Assembly: GCA_964568845.1 (NCBI GenBank)
Contig: CAZMSC010000004.1
Location: forward strand, 55-64,054
Direction of reading: 5' to 3'
Origin: an uncultured Candidatus Bathyarchaeia archaeon
GTDB taxonomy: Archaea > Thermoproteota > CALKCG01 > B24
Length of the DNA stretch: 64,000 bases
Shown: positions 40,360-49,795 of the stretch, piece by piece
Layout: the number at the start of each line of letters is the position of its first letter
Position numbering within the stretch: the first letter of the stretch is position 1
Program-made: the position numbers and the translations under genes
Notes under the pieces: generated by a model
What the model saw: the letters and a program-made list of their open reading frames with translations, nothing else
Told to the model about the DNA's origin: nothing
Databases searched by the model: none

Positions 40360-41652
40360 ATGATCGCCGTTATAAGGAGAGGCTATGTCGATGGCGTTTT
40401 AAATGCGCCTCCATCAAAATCTCAAACCCATAGATTTTACATAGCAGCTATGCTATCTACCGGAGAAAGCATTATTGAACGGCCTTCTACATGTTCAGAT
40501 GCAAAAGCTACCTTAGATGCTGTTAAACGCATGGGATGTACGGTTTCAGCTGAAAGATCTACTGTGAGAATCCTAAGTGATGGGGTGCCTAAGCCTCCTG
40601 AAGACGTTATAAATTGTCATGGTTCTGGGACGACCTTGAGAATCTTAACAGCGGTATCCTCTCTAGCGCCCGGTACAACTATTCTTACGGGGAACAGATC
40701 TCTAAAACGTAGGCCGATACATCCTCTACTTAATGCTCTCAAAAAACTGGGCGTTGTGTGTTATTCAGCTCCCAATGAGAGGCCACCGATAGTTGTCATA
40801 GGTAGAACCATCAAGGCTGGCTACGTGGAGATCGGCGGCGACTTAAGCTCGCAATACGTATCAGGTTTACTATTCACCCTCGCTAAAGTTAACGGTAGAT
40901 CTACCATCAGATTGACTACTCCACTTGTTTCAAAGCCTTATGTCGACATGACAATTGACGTTCTACGTATGTGCAACGTAGACGTTTATGTTTCTGAAAA
41001 CTATAGACTGTTCGAATTAAACGGCCCCTCTAATTTTAAACCATTTAGAAGCGTTGTTGAAGGGGACTATTCATCGGCGACTATGTTTATCGTTGCAGCC
41101 GCTATTACGGGGGGGAGAGTGAGGATTAATAACCTTAGAAGAGATAGTCTTCAAGCAGATAAAGCCATAATAGATGTTATTAAGACGGCTGGATGCCGGG
41201 TGGAAGTTGAGAACGACCACGTAGTTGTTAAAGGCATTTCAGACACTTTAGAGCCATTTGAATTCGATGCATCAGATAGTCCGGATCTTGTACCTCCACT
41301 TACAGTTTTAGCATCATCCTGTAAAGGAGCATCTATAATTAGAGGAGTCTCGAGGTTAAGGTTTAAGGAATCTGATAGAATTGAAGCGTTAACTTCTCAA
41401 TTGTCTAAAATGGGGGTGAAGATTGAAGCTTATGACGATTACATGAGGATCTACGGATCTTCAAAGATCAAGGGTGCTGTTATAAATCCATATGGTGATC
41501 ATAGAATAGCAATGGCATGTTCAGTAATGGCTTTAAAGGCTGAGGGTGAAACCGTCATAAGAGATGCTTCATGTGTTAAAAAGTCCTACCCAGAGTTCTT
41601 TACTGATCTAGCCAGCCTCGGAGCAAAAGTAGAATTGAGAAGACAACTATGA
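40360..41652 (+). CDS. aroA: 3-phosphoshikimate 1-carboxyvinyltransferase (EPSP synthase)
   Basis: PPSKSQTHR, GNRSLKRRPI, KESDRI and GDHRIAMA. Confidence 0.9.
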   Translation: MIAVIRRGYVDGVLNAPPSKSQTHRFYIAAMLSTGESIIERPSTCSDAKATLDAVKRMGCTVSAERSTVRILSDGVPKPPEDVINCHGSGTTLRILTAVSSLAPGTTILTGNRSLKRRPIHPLLNALKKLGVVCYSAPNERPPIVVIGRTIKAGYVEIGGDLSSQYVSGLLFTLAKVNGRSTIRLTTPLVSKPYVDMTIDVLRMCNVDVYVSENYRLFELNGPSNFKPFRSVVEGDYSSATMFIVAAAITGGRVRINNLRRDSLQADKAIIDVIKTAGCRVEVENDHVVVKGISDTLEPFEFDASDSPDLVPPLTVLASSCKGASIIRGVSRLRFKESDRIEALTSQLSKMGVKIEAYDDYMRIYGSSKIKGAVINPYGDHRIAMACSVMALKAEGETVIRDASCVKKSYPEFFTDLASLGAKVELRRQL

Positions 41653-41668
41653 CGGTACGTTGCAACAA

Positions 41669-42421
41669 TTAGAATGCTGAGACCACTATGAGGCCATGGT
41701 TTTTCTTAACGCCTTTAAGTGTACTCACAAACGCTTTCAGAAGGGAGTTTAAAACGGTAGCCGGATACGGGGAGAGGTCTACTCTAGACCAGTCTACGTA
41801 GAGCTTGACCGGGGGATTTTCGATGACGCATTTTCCAAGCTCAGCCTCACTTTTGATCAATTTCTCAGCGTATCCGTCGCACGTAATATAGCCACATCTC
41901 CCACAATTCAACTTAGGTAGTTTTGAAACATACTCTTCAATAATAAACCGTAAAACCTCATTTATGACGTTCTCACCTTCAACATTGGAGAAGCGAGCAT
42001 TAGGATATAGTTTTAAAGACGCTTCTCTAATGCTTTCGGGTCCTATAACCATTTTTACGAGAGACTTATCTAGATCTATGTTAAGGTGCTCTTCTTTTAA
42101 TGCCGTTAAAATCTTAGGGTATGGAGAGCTTTTAAACCCCTCATACATGACTACATGCGGATTCAGGATGTCTAAGAGTGCATCCAAATTGAAGCCGTGG
42201 TTGAACATTAGAACGTTATCGTATGGCGATCGGTATGCTACTGCCAGGGGCTTTGAATTTAAAACCCTGGCAGTACTTTTAACGGCTAAATCTATTCTTT
42301 CATGAGAAAGTTTAACCACGATTATCCTAAGCCCTCTTGAGGACAGCGTCTTAACTATGGAAGCTAATAGCCTAGTTTTACCCGTACCCTTAAGACCTAC
42401 TACGCAGATTCTCAAAACCAT
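41669..42421 (-). CDS. MobB-like P-loop NTPase fused to a CdhE/RnfB-type 4Fe-4S module
   Basis: VVGLKGTGKTRL Walker A. C-terminal LPKLNCGRCGYITCDGYAEKLIKSEAELGKC = CX2CX4CX16C. Confidence 0.6.
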   Translation of the reverse strand: MVLRICVVGLKGTGKTRLLASIVKTLSSRGLRIIVVKLSHERIDLAVKSTARVLNSKPLAVAYRSPYDNVLMFNHGFNLDALLDILNPHVVMYEGFKSSPYPKILTALKEEHLNIDLDKSLVKMVIGPESIREASLKLYPNARFSNVEGENVINEVLRFIIEEYVSKLPKLNCGRCGYITCDGYAEKLIKSEAELGKCVIENPPVKLYVDWSRVDLSPYPATVLNSLLKAFVSTLKGVKKNHGLIVVSAF

Positions 42422-42447
42422 TACCGGTCTAAAAGCTAATGGAGAGT

Positions 42448-43086
42448 TTAAATATTAGATTCCTCAACTTTCGCTTCGAAGTCTTCAGGTTTAAGTGAGA
42501 GATCTCCATCTTTAGGGATCACTCCTTTAGCTCTCAGGAATTCTCTAGCTAGGAGCCAGAAAACCATGGCTAAAGCTCTTCTACCCTTATTGTTCACAGG
42601 TATTACCAAATCCACATTCTTAAACAAGTTGTCAGTATCACATAACGCTACAACTGGTATTCCTATCATAGATGCCTCTCTAACGGCCTGCTCATCTGCA
42701 TTTGGATCTGAAACCAGTAAAACCTCAGGCTCAATATAGTACTTGAGAGAGGGATTTGTGAAAATACCCGGCAGAAACCTTCCAACGAGAGGCGTCGTAT
42801 GCGTAAGTTCACAGAACTTTAAGACAGGCATTCTAGCGTACAGTTTGGTTGATGCGACAACTATCTTCTCAGGAGGCTCAAATCTAGCGAGGAAAATAGC
42901 GGCTAGTTTAATCCTCTCACATGTCTTGGCGATATCTAAGACACATAATCCATCTGGTCTAACTTTGAAGATGAAAGGCTTCATATGTCCAGTTTTAATT
43001 CTAGTACCTATCTGAATGCCGTATGGTAGCAGTGTTTCAAGGGGGAGTAGAAGCTCTTCCTTTGATTCATATTCGTCAGACATCAC
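42448..43086 (-). CDS. rps2: 30S ribosomal protein uS2
   Basis: Typical archaeal S2 sequence (GIQIGTRIKT, PVVALCDTDN). 4-nt overlap with enolase. Confidence 0.9.
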   Translation of the reverse strand: MMSDEYESKEELLLPLETLLPYGIQIGTRIKTGHMKPFIFKVRPDGLCVLDIAKTCERIKLAAIFLARFEPPEKIVVASTKLYARMPVLKFCELTHTTPLVGRFLPGIFTNPSLKYYIEPEVLLVSDPNADEQAVREASMIGIPVVALCDTDNLFKNVDLVIPVNNKGRRALAMVFWLLAREFLRAKGVIPKDGDLSLKPEDFEAKVEESNI

Positions 43087-44339
43087 TTTACACCAATCCC
43101 ATACATGGATGCTTGACTCCCCATGTGCTCTTCAATCCTGAGAAATTCGTTTATTTTAGCTATTCTCTCCCCGCCTAATACACCTATTTTAACTATGGGG
43201 CAGTTAAATGCTACTGCTAAGTGAGCTAAATGTCCGTCAACAGTCTCACCGGATCTGTGTGAAAACACTGTTACATATCCGTGTTTCTGTGCTAATTTTG
43301 TGGCTTCGTAAGCATCCGTTATCGTACCTATCTGATTCGGCTTTATTATCACAGTATTTCCAGCACGCACATCTATGCCTTTCCTAAGCCTTTCCACGTT
43401 TGTAACGAATACGTCATCCCCACATACCATACATTTATCTCCAACCTTCTCTGTAAGCTCTCTAAAACCTTCAAAATCTTCTTCGTGAACTGGATCTTCG
43501 ATGTATACCAACTTATATTTATCTACGCATTCAAGGATGTAGTCTATCTGCTCACCCTTGCTCAAGGGCTTACCATACTTATACATGTACTTGCCTTTTT
43601 CCTCATCCCAGAAGGAGGAGGATGCTACATCAACACCAAACCTTATTTCAAAACCAAGCTTTTCCGATGTGCGTTTAACCGCTTCAGCTACCGCTTCAAA
43701 CGCACCATCATTGCTTATTCTAGGAGCCCAAGCACCTTCGTCTCCCCTCCCTCCGAAGAAGGGGACATTTTTCTCCTCTAAAACCTTACGAAGAGCTCTG
43801 TGAACTTCACGATTACCAATGTAAGCTTCTTCGAATTTCTTAGCCCCTACTGAAAGTATCAAGTATTCCTGTATATCTGGACAACCTTCACCCGCGTGTT
43901 TACCTCCACCCAGCACATTGCCTAGAGGGTATGGAAGATTTTTAACCATAGTTCCACCTATGTGTTGATACATTGGTATTCCAAGGGTTTTTGAGGCAGC
44001 ATCTGCTACTGCCGAAGATACGGCATATGCTGTATTTCCACCTATTTTCGAGAAGTTACTTGTCCCATCCATTTCCCTTAAAGCCTTATCGACGTTCATT
44101 TGATCTGAGGAGTCGAAACCTATTAGTCTTGGCTTGATTAGTACTAGTACTCTTCTTACGGCTTCTTCAACTCCACCTTCGGGATAAGATACAGCTTCCC
44201 ATTTACCCTTACTGGCTCCTGCTGGTGCTGAAGCCTTACCGACGGCTTTACGAGTATATACTTCAACCTCTATGGTCTCTGATCCTCTACTGTCGAAAAC
44301 CTTCCTGGCCTTCAAATCTACGATGCATGTCTCACTCAT
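43083..44339 (-). CDS. eno: enolase
   Basis: [21 protein letters not shown] and SHRSGET. Start set at MSETCIV. Confidence 0.9.
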   Translation of the reverse strand: MSETCIVDLKARKVFDSRGSETIEVEVYTRKAVGKASAPAGASKGKWEAVSYPEGGVEEAVRRVLVLIKPRLIGFDSSDQMNVDKALREMDGTSNFSKIGGNTAYAVSSAVADAASKTLGIPMYQHIGGTMVKNLPYPLGNVLGGGKHAGEGCPDIQEYLILSVGAKKFEEAYIGNREVHRALRKVLEEKNVPFFGGRGDEGAWAPRISNDGAFEAVAEAVKRTSEKLGFEIRFGVDVASSSFWDEEKGKYMYKYGKPLSKGEQIDYILECVDKYKLVYIEDPVHEEDFEGFRELTEKVGDKCMVCGDDVFVTNVERLRKGIDVRAGNTVIIKPNQIGTITDAYEATKLAQKHGYVTVFSHRSGETVDGHLAHLAVAFNCPIVKIGVLGGERIAKINEFLRIEEHMGSQASMYGIGVK

Positions 44340-44553
44340 TGTCAATACTCCTCCTAACCATGAAGTATTGGAGAATATCATCTATAACTTCAACATGAGA
44401 TATCAACATAGACCTACAACAATATCTCTTAACACCTAAATCGTCTAGAACCTTACTTGGGTTTTCACCAGCATCAACTCTACGTTTAAACTCTTCCCAT
44501 TTATCTCCTACAATCGACCCGCAGGTGAAACATCTAATAGGGACGATCCCCAT
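44332..44553 (-). CDS. rpoN: DNA-directed RNA polymerase subunit N (Rpo10)
   Basis: [16 protein letters not shown]...RYCCRSM zinc-binding pattern. Confidence 0.85.
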   Translation of the reverse strand: MGIVPIRCFTCGSIVGDKWEEFKRRVDAGENPSKVLDDLGVKRYCCRSMLISHVEVIDDILQYFMVRRSIDNE

Positions 44554-44612
44554 AAAATATCCCTCAAATCTCCAGAGAGATCAGATATTTAAGTTTGTCC
44601 CCGATTTTGATG

Positions 44613-45374
44613 CTATTCTACTTTAAAGTTCCTCTTTAAATATTCCAAGGCGAATTTAGCGCTTTCAATTGAATCCATACTCGGTATATCATTCTCAACT
44701 ATATACCATTCTACTCCGGACGATTCACAGGCTTCAACTACAGCTTTAAAATCTATCACGCCACATCCAAGCTCGATGAAGCCTTTGTTAACCCTATCCT
44801 TCATGTCTTTAAGGTGGACTAGAAAACACCTATTTTTAAGAGCTTTTATAACCTCACAGGGATCATACCCCGCATAGTAGATCCAGTAAACGTCTGGTTG
44901 GAAGAACACGTATGATGGGTCTGTGTTTTCAACAAGTATATTATATATGGGGGTTCCATCAATCTTCTTCTCAAACTCTACAGCATGATTATGCATGCCA
45001 AACTTCAAACCGTAATTCTCAGCGTCCTTACCTATGGAATTCATCTTCTCAGCTACTTTAACACATAAACTTAAATCGTTGATACGTCTTACATCCGGCT
45101 CGGAAACCACATATTTAAGCCCGAGTTTATAAGCATAGTTGAAAACAGTATTCCGCTTGTTGGATTCTATTACGTCAAAGCCGACGTGGGTTGAGATTGG
45201 TTTAAGATCAATTTGATCAAGAAATACTCTAAGCCCATCAACATCCACTGTTAAAAATGGATGGCCTGCGAATTCGACAAATCTATATCCGGATTCTCTA
45301 ACCATGCGGAGGGCGTATTTGTAATCCCTAGAGACCTTGTCTCTTACAGTATAAAGTTGGAGGGCGACCTTCAT
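44613..45374 (-). CDS. sugar phosphate isomerase/epimerase (xylose isomerase-like TIM barrel)
   Basis: FVEFAG, GMHNHAVEF and VHLKDMKD metal-ligand pattern. Confidence 0.75.
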   Translation of the reverse strand: MKVALQLYTVRDKVSRDYKYALRMVRESGYRFVEFAGHPFLTVDVDGLRVFLDQIDLKPISTHVGFDVIESNKRNTVFNYAYKLGLKYVVSEPDVRRINDLSLCVKVAEKMNSIGKDAENYGLKFGMHNHAVEFEKKIDGTPIYNILVENTDPSYVFFQPDVYWIYYAGYDPCEVIKALKNRCFLVHLKDMKDRVNKGFIELGCGVIDFKAVVEACESSGVEWYIVENDIPSMDSIESAKFALEYLKRNFKVE

Positions 45375-45570
45375 ATTTCAACCGAACCTTTAATACTGGA
45401 AGTCTTTAAAAAGCATTACCTTATTGAAAACACTGTTGGTTCAGCGATCTTTTTACATCAAATCTTCTTTCAATGCTCCATGGTAGGGCCTGCTCTCAAG
45501 ACTGTGAAACCATTAACAGTTTATCGTTTGATATCATAATTATCCATGATTACGACATAGCAAAGCGCGT

Positions 45571-46350
45571 TTAGTTTATGGAAGTTAGGTGTTTTTTACG
45601 CTTATATATCGCTTTTTGACCTACGATGAGCATTCTGCTGGATCTAGCTTCGTTAAACCCTTCCTTCTGAGAAGAGCCGAAGACATTAATCAATCTGAGA
45701 CCTACCTTACTGAGGAGGCTTTTCAATTCGTTTAGATCGTAAATCCTATGTTCAACCATCGTTTCACATACTTTCCCTTCTCCCTTATCTATGAGAACCC
45801 AGTTACTTTTAATCTTCTTCTCAGTCCAGTCTAAGCTTCGTTCCTCTAAAACATAGAAGCTGTCTGTTTCATTCCAACTTCTATCTCGGAAGTTTCTAAT
45901 AATCCATCCTGCGTTTACAATTTCAAGGATAAAAATTCCATTAGACTTCAATATCCTCGAACCCTCTCGTAGAACCAGTTCGTTCTCTTCATCATTGAAG
46001 TATCCAAAGCTTGTGTAAAAGCTTATCACGTTGTCGAAGGATTCCGATTTAGATGGCAGTCTTCTCATATCTCCCCGAATCGGATTTAAATTTTTATAAT
46101 AACCTTCTTTTTTGCCATTCTCTATAAGAATGGTGAGAAAATATTTGCTTAAATCGAAACTGACGATAAATGTGAAATGAGAAAGCGGTATCGAATGTCT
46201 TCCTAAACCGCAACAAAGATCCAATGTTATTCCTCTTCTTAAAGTTTCTTTTAAAAAAGAAACGTCGTATTTTGTCATCTCCTTATACTCAGAAAACTCC
46301 TCTAGCCAGAATTCAGCCCATCTGCCTTCAAATAAATCTCTATACCACAT
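45571..46350 (-). CDS. class I SAM-dependent methyltransferase
   Basis: Motif I LDLCCGLGRHS. Start set at MWYRDLF; the track's upstream extension is hydrophobic junk. Confidence 0.7.
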   Translation of the reverse strand: MWYRDLFEGRWAEFWLEEFSEYKEMTKYDVSFLKETLRRGITLDLCCGLGRHSIPLSHFTFIVSFDLSKYFLTILIENGKKEGYYKNLNPIRGDMRRLPSKSESFDNVISFYTSFGYFNDEENELVLREGSRILKSNGIFILEIVNAGWIIRNFRDRSWNETDSFYVLEERSLDWTEKKIKSNWVLIDKGEGKVCETMVEHRIYDLNELKSLLSKVGLRLINVFGSSQKEGFNEARSSRMLIVGQKAIYKRKKHLTSIN

Positions 46351-46618
46351 TTTAGCCAACCCATGACAGACTACAGTATCGCATACTTCATTCAACCATA
46401 AGCTATATATGAATATTTGTATAAACAACCCGTAAAGAGGAAGCGTATAGATGACGGCAATCACTCATACGAAAATTCAATGATGTACAACTATTCTCAA
46501 ATTATGAGAATATTTGATAAAATCGTAGAAATTTTATGGCAATATTGGGGAAGATGCGTGGAAGATTTATGCGAAAACTCCCTAAGAATGCCCATCTTCA
46601 AACCCAACCTGCAGTAAG

Positions 46619-47041
46619 TCACCTGTAACTTGTCTGATCTCTTCTTCTAGCTCCTGGTCCTCCGAATTTCTTAGGCTCTTTTCTCCTCGGGTCTCCTACT
46701 AGTAAAGACCTGTTGTACGTTAATATCTGTTTCTTCAGAGCACTACTTTTAGTCCATTTCACTAGCGCTTTGGCTATGCCCATGGCAACCGCTTCGGCTT
46801 GACTCATAAATCCTCCACCCTTAACCTCGACGTCTATGTTTACGCTTCTCCACACGTCTTTACATATCATCAAAAGCTCTGTTATTATACTTCTAGCGGC
46901 TTCAGGCTGATATACTTCAATAGGAGTAGAGTTTATTCTAACTATACCCTCTCCCTCCGTCAAGTAGACTCTCGCCGTAGCAGTTTTACGTTTACCAACT
47001 TCCAATACTATTGACCTGCTCCTCTTATGCTTCTCACTCAT
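46619..47041 (-). CDS. rps9: 30S ribosomal protein uS9
   Basis: GKRKTATARV, GGGFMSQAEA and a C-terminal RRRDQTSYR. Confidence 0.9.
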   Translation of the reverse strand: MSEKHKRSRSIVLEVGKRKTATARVYLTEGEGIVRINSTPIEVYQPEAARSIITELLMICKDVWRSVNIDVEVKGGGFMSQAEAVAMGIAKALVKWTKSSALKKQILTYNRSLLVGDPRRKEPKKFGGPGARRRDQTSYR

Positions 47042-47044
47042 TAC

Positions 47045-47476
47045 TCAACCCCCCCAGCCAATCTGTTTAGCCAGTTCACCCAATCTAAAATACGGACCTT
47101 TAAGCCTGTTGGCTTTAGCATCCTCAACAACTTCAAAATTCACGTTTTTAAAAGCTTCTGGAATTCCGACATACACCTTAAGCCTTTTAAAGGCTTCTCT
47201 ACCCTTAAACTTATCCCTGGGAAGCATCCCCCTAACAACACGTCTGAATATTGTATCTGGTCTACGTGGGTGGAATGGTCCCTTTCTATACTTGCCGACT
47301 TCGAGAAATTCCATCCACTCTTCCAAAACCGAATAGAGATTTCCCGAAACTACGATGTTTTCAGCATTTACAACAGCTACATTTTCTCCCTGGAGAAGTC
47401 TCTTAGCTACGATACTGGCGAGCCTACCCATTATATGGTTTGACCCATCTATAACGGTAATACCTCCACTAGACAT
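47045..47476 (-). CDS. rpl13: 50S ribosomal protein uL13
   Basis: VIDGSNHIMGRLASIVAKRLL and VRGMLP. Confidence 0.9.
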   Translation of the reverse strand: MSSGGITVIDGSNHIMGRLASIVAKRLLQGENVAVVNAENIVVSGNLYSVLEEWMEFLEVGKYRKGPFHPRRPDTIFRRVVRGMLPRDKFKGREAFKRLKVYVGIPEAFKNVNFEVVEDAKANRLKGPYFRLGELAKQIGWGG

Positions 47477-47482
47477 GTAAGA

Positions 47483-47839
47483 TCACTCTATTATTTTGAT
47501 GCGTGACCCTTCAGGGTTTAATTCTGCAAGCTCACTTATTGATAAGCATTTACATCCAGCCTTGATAAGTTTAGCTTTAGCCATCTCTGAAAAGCTCAGT
47601 GCAGCTACAGTGATGCTATGCGATATTTCACCTGAACCTAAGATCTTACCCGGAATCACTACAACTTCACCTTCAGAAGTAAGTTTTGAAAGTTTTGATA
47701 GGTTAACCTCTGCCATAAGTCTCCTAGGTCTTTTAAGTCTTTCAGCAATGTCAGCCCAAAGCCTAGACTTATGACCGAGTATTTGAAGAAACTTGATAGT
47801 ATTTATTAATGCCGTATTTGACTTACTGCGTTTAACCAT
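47483..47839 (-). CDS. rpl18e: 50S ribosomal protein eL18 (L18e)
   Basis: WADIAERLKRPRR..AEVNLSKL and VVIPGKILGSG. Confidence 0.85.
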   Translation of the reverse strand: MVKRSKSNTALINTIKFLQILGHKSRLWADIAERLKRPRRLMAEVNLSKLSKLTSEGEVVVIPGKILGSGEISHSITVAALSFSEMAKAKLIKAGCKCLSISELAELNPEGSRIKIIE

Positions 47840-47841
47840 TT

Positions 47842-48663
47842 TTAGACAACCCCCAACTCACCCAACTGTTTCAAAAAAGTCTCACCTTTCATTCTGAGGA
47901 TCTTACATGCTTCGGATAAAACCTTCCATGCTGGCAAGGAACCGGTAGTCTCTAAGAAAAATATCAATGAGTTTTTGTCAAAATCGACATTAAGTGCATT
48001 CTGAGTACACTTGTTAACGCATTCATCGCATAGGTCGCATTTAAGCGGATTCGACACGTATGCTTTACCGTTCCTGAGGGTAAACACGTTTTTATGACAC
48101 ACATCTACGCATGAACCGCATCCCGTACACCTAGAATCTATTATTGAAATAACCGGATAATACTTATATGTACACCTGACAACGGGGGACCATTTAGCAT
48201 GTTTAGTAGATCTTCCGAGCCTAGCATAAGCCTCGAGTCGAATCTTCTGACCTGGAGCAAGTTTAACGATTGGAATTTTCTCATTCACAGGTTTAATCTC
48301 TGGATTAGCCTCATGAGGTTTAAAATCTCCAGAATAAACAGTAGTTATACCACCTTCTTTGCCCTCAACATCTAAAACTAAGACTGCAGAACACCTATTA
48401 CAACCTGTTTCAGTTCCACATCCACACTCCTCGGGGAGAACGTACCGGTCTAAATCTGTTCTTAAAGGTATTAAGCCGAGCCTATGTGCTAAAACCTCAT
48501 CGTACATAACCGACGTATTTTCAATTATATACACGTCGTCTATAGCCATCACTGGAACCTCAGCGATCATCGTCCTCCTCAGAGAATTCATAAACCTTGG
48601 AGAAACACCTCTAACTATGAAATTTACCTCAGTATAGCTCTTCTCTAAAACCTCTATCTGCAA
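47842..48663 (-). CDS. rpoD: DNA-directed RNA polymerase subunit D (Rpo3) with a ferredoxin-like Cys-cluster domain
   Basis: FMNSLRRTMIAEVP, DEVLAHRLGLIPL, and the insert CTGCGSCVDVC...CDLCDECVNKC. TTG start. Confidence 0.9.
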   Translation of the reverse strand: MQIEVLEKSYTEVNFIVRGVSPRFMNSLRRTMIAEVPVMAIDDVYIIENTSVMYDEVLAHRLGLIPLRTDLDRYVLPEECGCGTETGCNRCSAVLVLDVEGKEGGITTVYSGDFKPHEANPEIKPVNEKIPIVKLAPGQKIRLEAYARLGRSTKHAKWSPVVRCTYKYYPVISIIDSRCTGCGSCVDVCHKNVFTLRNGKAYVSNPLKCDLCDECVNKCTQNALNVDFDKNSLIFFLETTGSLPAWKVLSEACKILRMKGETFLKQLGELGVV

Positions 48664-48777
48664 AACACTATCCTCCAGCTTAAAGGAGAAAAGATATAAG
48701 CTTCCATATAATCTTTACTTTAGCTAAAATACAGGGAGAATATTTAAATTGAAGTTTGCAACATAGCTAAGCTGGCT
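48664..48777. promoter_or_regulatory. divergent promoter spacer between rpoD (leftward) and the inverted rps11 (rightward)
   Basis: AATATTTAAATT at about 48742-48753 lies about 25-35 nt upstream of the rps11 ATG. AAGATATAAGC/CATATAATC provides AT boxes for the minus strand. Confidence 0.35.
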
Positions 48778-49200
48778 ATGTCTGAAGAGATTAAAAGCGA
48801 AACTAAGAGTAGTAGAGAGGAAAGATGGGGTATAGCACACATTTATAGTTCTTCTAACAACACAATAGTTCATATCACAGATTTAACAGGAGCTGAAACA
48901 ATAGCATTATGTACAGGCGGTATGTTCGTCGATGCCGATAGACTTCAAGGTTCCCCCTATGCGGCTATGCAAGCGGCTTCAGCGGCAGCTGAAATAGCTA
49001 AGGAAAAAGGCATAACGGCACTTCACATAAAGGTTAGAGCACCTGGAGGCATTAAATCTAAAATTCCAGGACCAGGAGCCATGCATGCCATAAGGATACT
49101 AGCTAGAGCGGGTTTCAAAATAGGTAGAGTTGATGATACTACACCTATTCCGCATGATGGATGTAGAAGAAAGGGAGGCCGTAGAGGGAGAAGGCCGTAA
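48778..49200 (+). CDS. rps11: 30S ribosomal protein uS11 (inverted relative to its operon)
   Basis: [40 protein letters not shown] and [18 protein letters not shown]. Confidence 0.9.
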   Translation: MSEEIKSETKSSREERWGIAHIYSSSNNTIVHITDLTGAETIALCTGGMFVDADRLQGSPYAAMQAASAAAEIAKEKGITALHIKVRAPGGIKSKIPGPGAMHAIRILARAGFKIGRVDDTTPIPHDGCRRKGGRRGRRP

Positions 49201-49202
49201 AA

Positions 49203-49784
49203 CTATATTTCTTCGGGAGATTCAAGTTCTCTTGAAACTTCTTCCATCTTACTCGTTACATGCACTACTTCTATAGATGTCCTAGTAGGATGCTTTTGGT
49301 CATTGAATGGGCTGTCTGGAGCATAGTGTATCGTACTCTCCTCTCCGGCTTTAACGATGTAAGATGGCACTCTAACTATTCTACTATTAACCATTATATG
49401 TCCATGCACTATGAACTGCCTAGCTTGATAAATAGTTTTGGCTAAACCGAGCTTATAAACAAGCGTTTGAAGTCTACGGTTTAAAATGTCTTCCAATGTT
49501 AGATCCAGCACGTGGTCTAATGTGGCAGATTCCGAGAGCAAACCCATACGTTTAAGTTTGTCTAGAAGGGTCGTTTCAGCTCTAATTCTAACATCGTGAG
49601 GCTGAGCCAATAAACCTCTAGCTATAGCTCTTATATGTGAAAGCTGAGTTTTATGTCTCCAAAGCTCACGTTTATTTCTGAGGCCATATTCACCTAAGTA
49701 GCGTAATTCGAGTTGAAGCGTCTGCATATCCCAAGGCTTCTTAGGAGTTTCATACTTCTTACGGCGTCTCTTAGGGTCGCCCAA
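49203..49784 (-). CDS. rps4: 30S ribosomal protein uS4
   Basis: MGDPKRRRKKYETPKKPWD, YGLRNKRELW and an S4 RNA-binding domain. Confidence 0.9.
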   Translation of the reverse strand: MGDPKRRRKKYETPKKPWDMQTLQLELRYLGEYGLRNKRELWRHKTQLSHIRAIARGLLAQPHDVRIRAETTLLDKLKRMGLLSESATLDHVLDLTLEDILNRRLQTLVYKLGLAKTIYQARQFIVHGHIMVNSRIVRVPSYIVKAGEESTIHYAPDSPFNDQKHPTRTSIEVVHVTSKMEEVSRELESPEEI

Positions 49785-49795
49785 ATTTCACACCT

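Noticed and set aside
46417-46617. 66-aa plus-strand ORF in the gap between the methyltransferase and rps9
   Set aside because: TTG start, no family resemblance and no clear promoter or RBS. It cannot be supported from sequence alone, although the gap (46351-46618) is otherwise empty.
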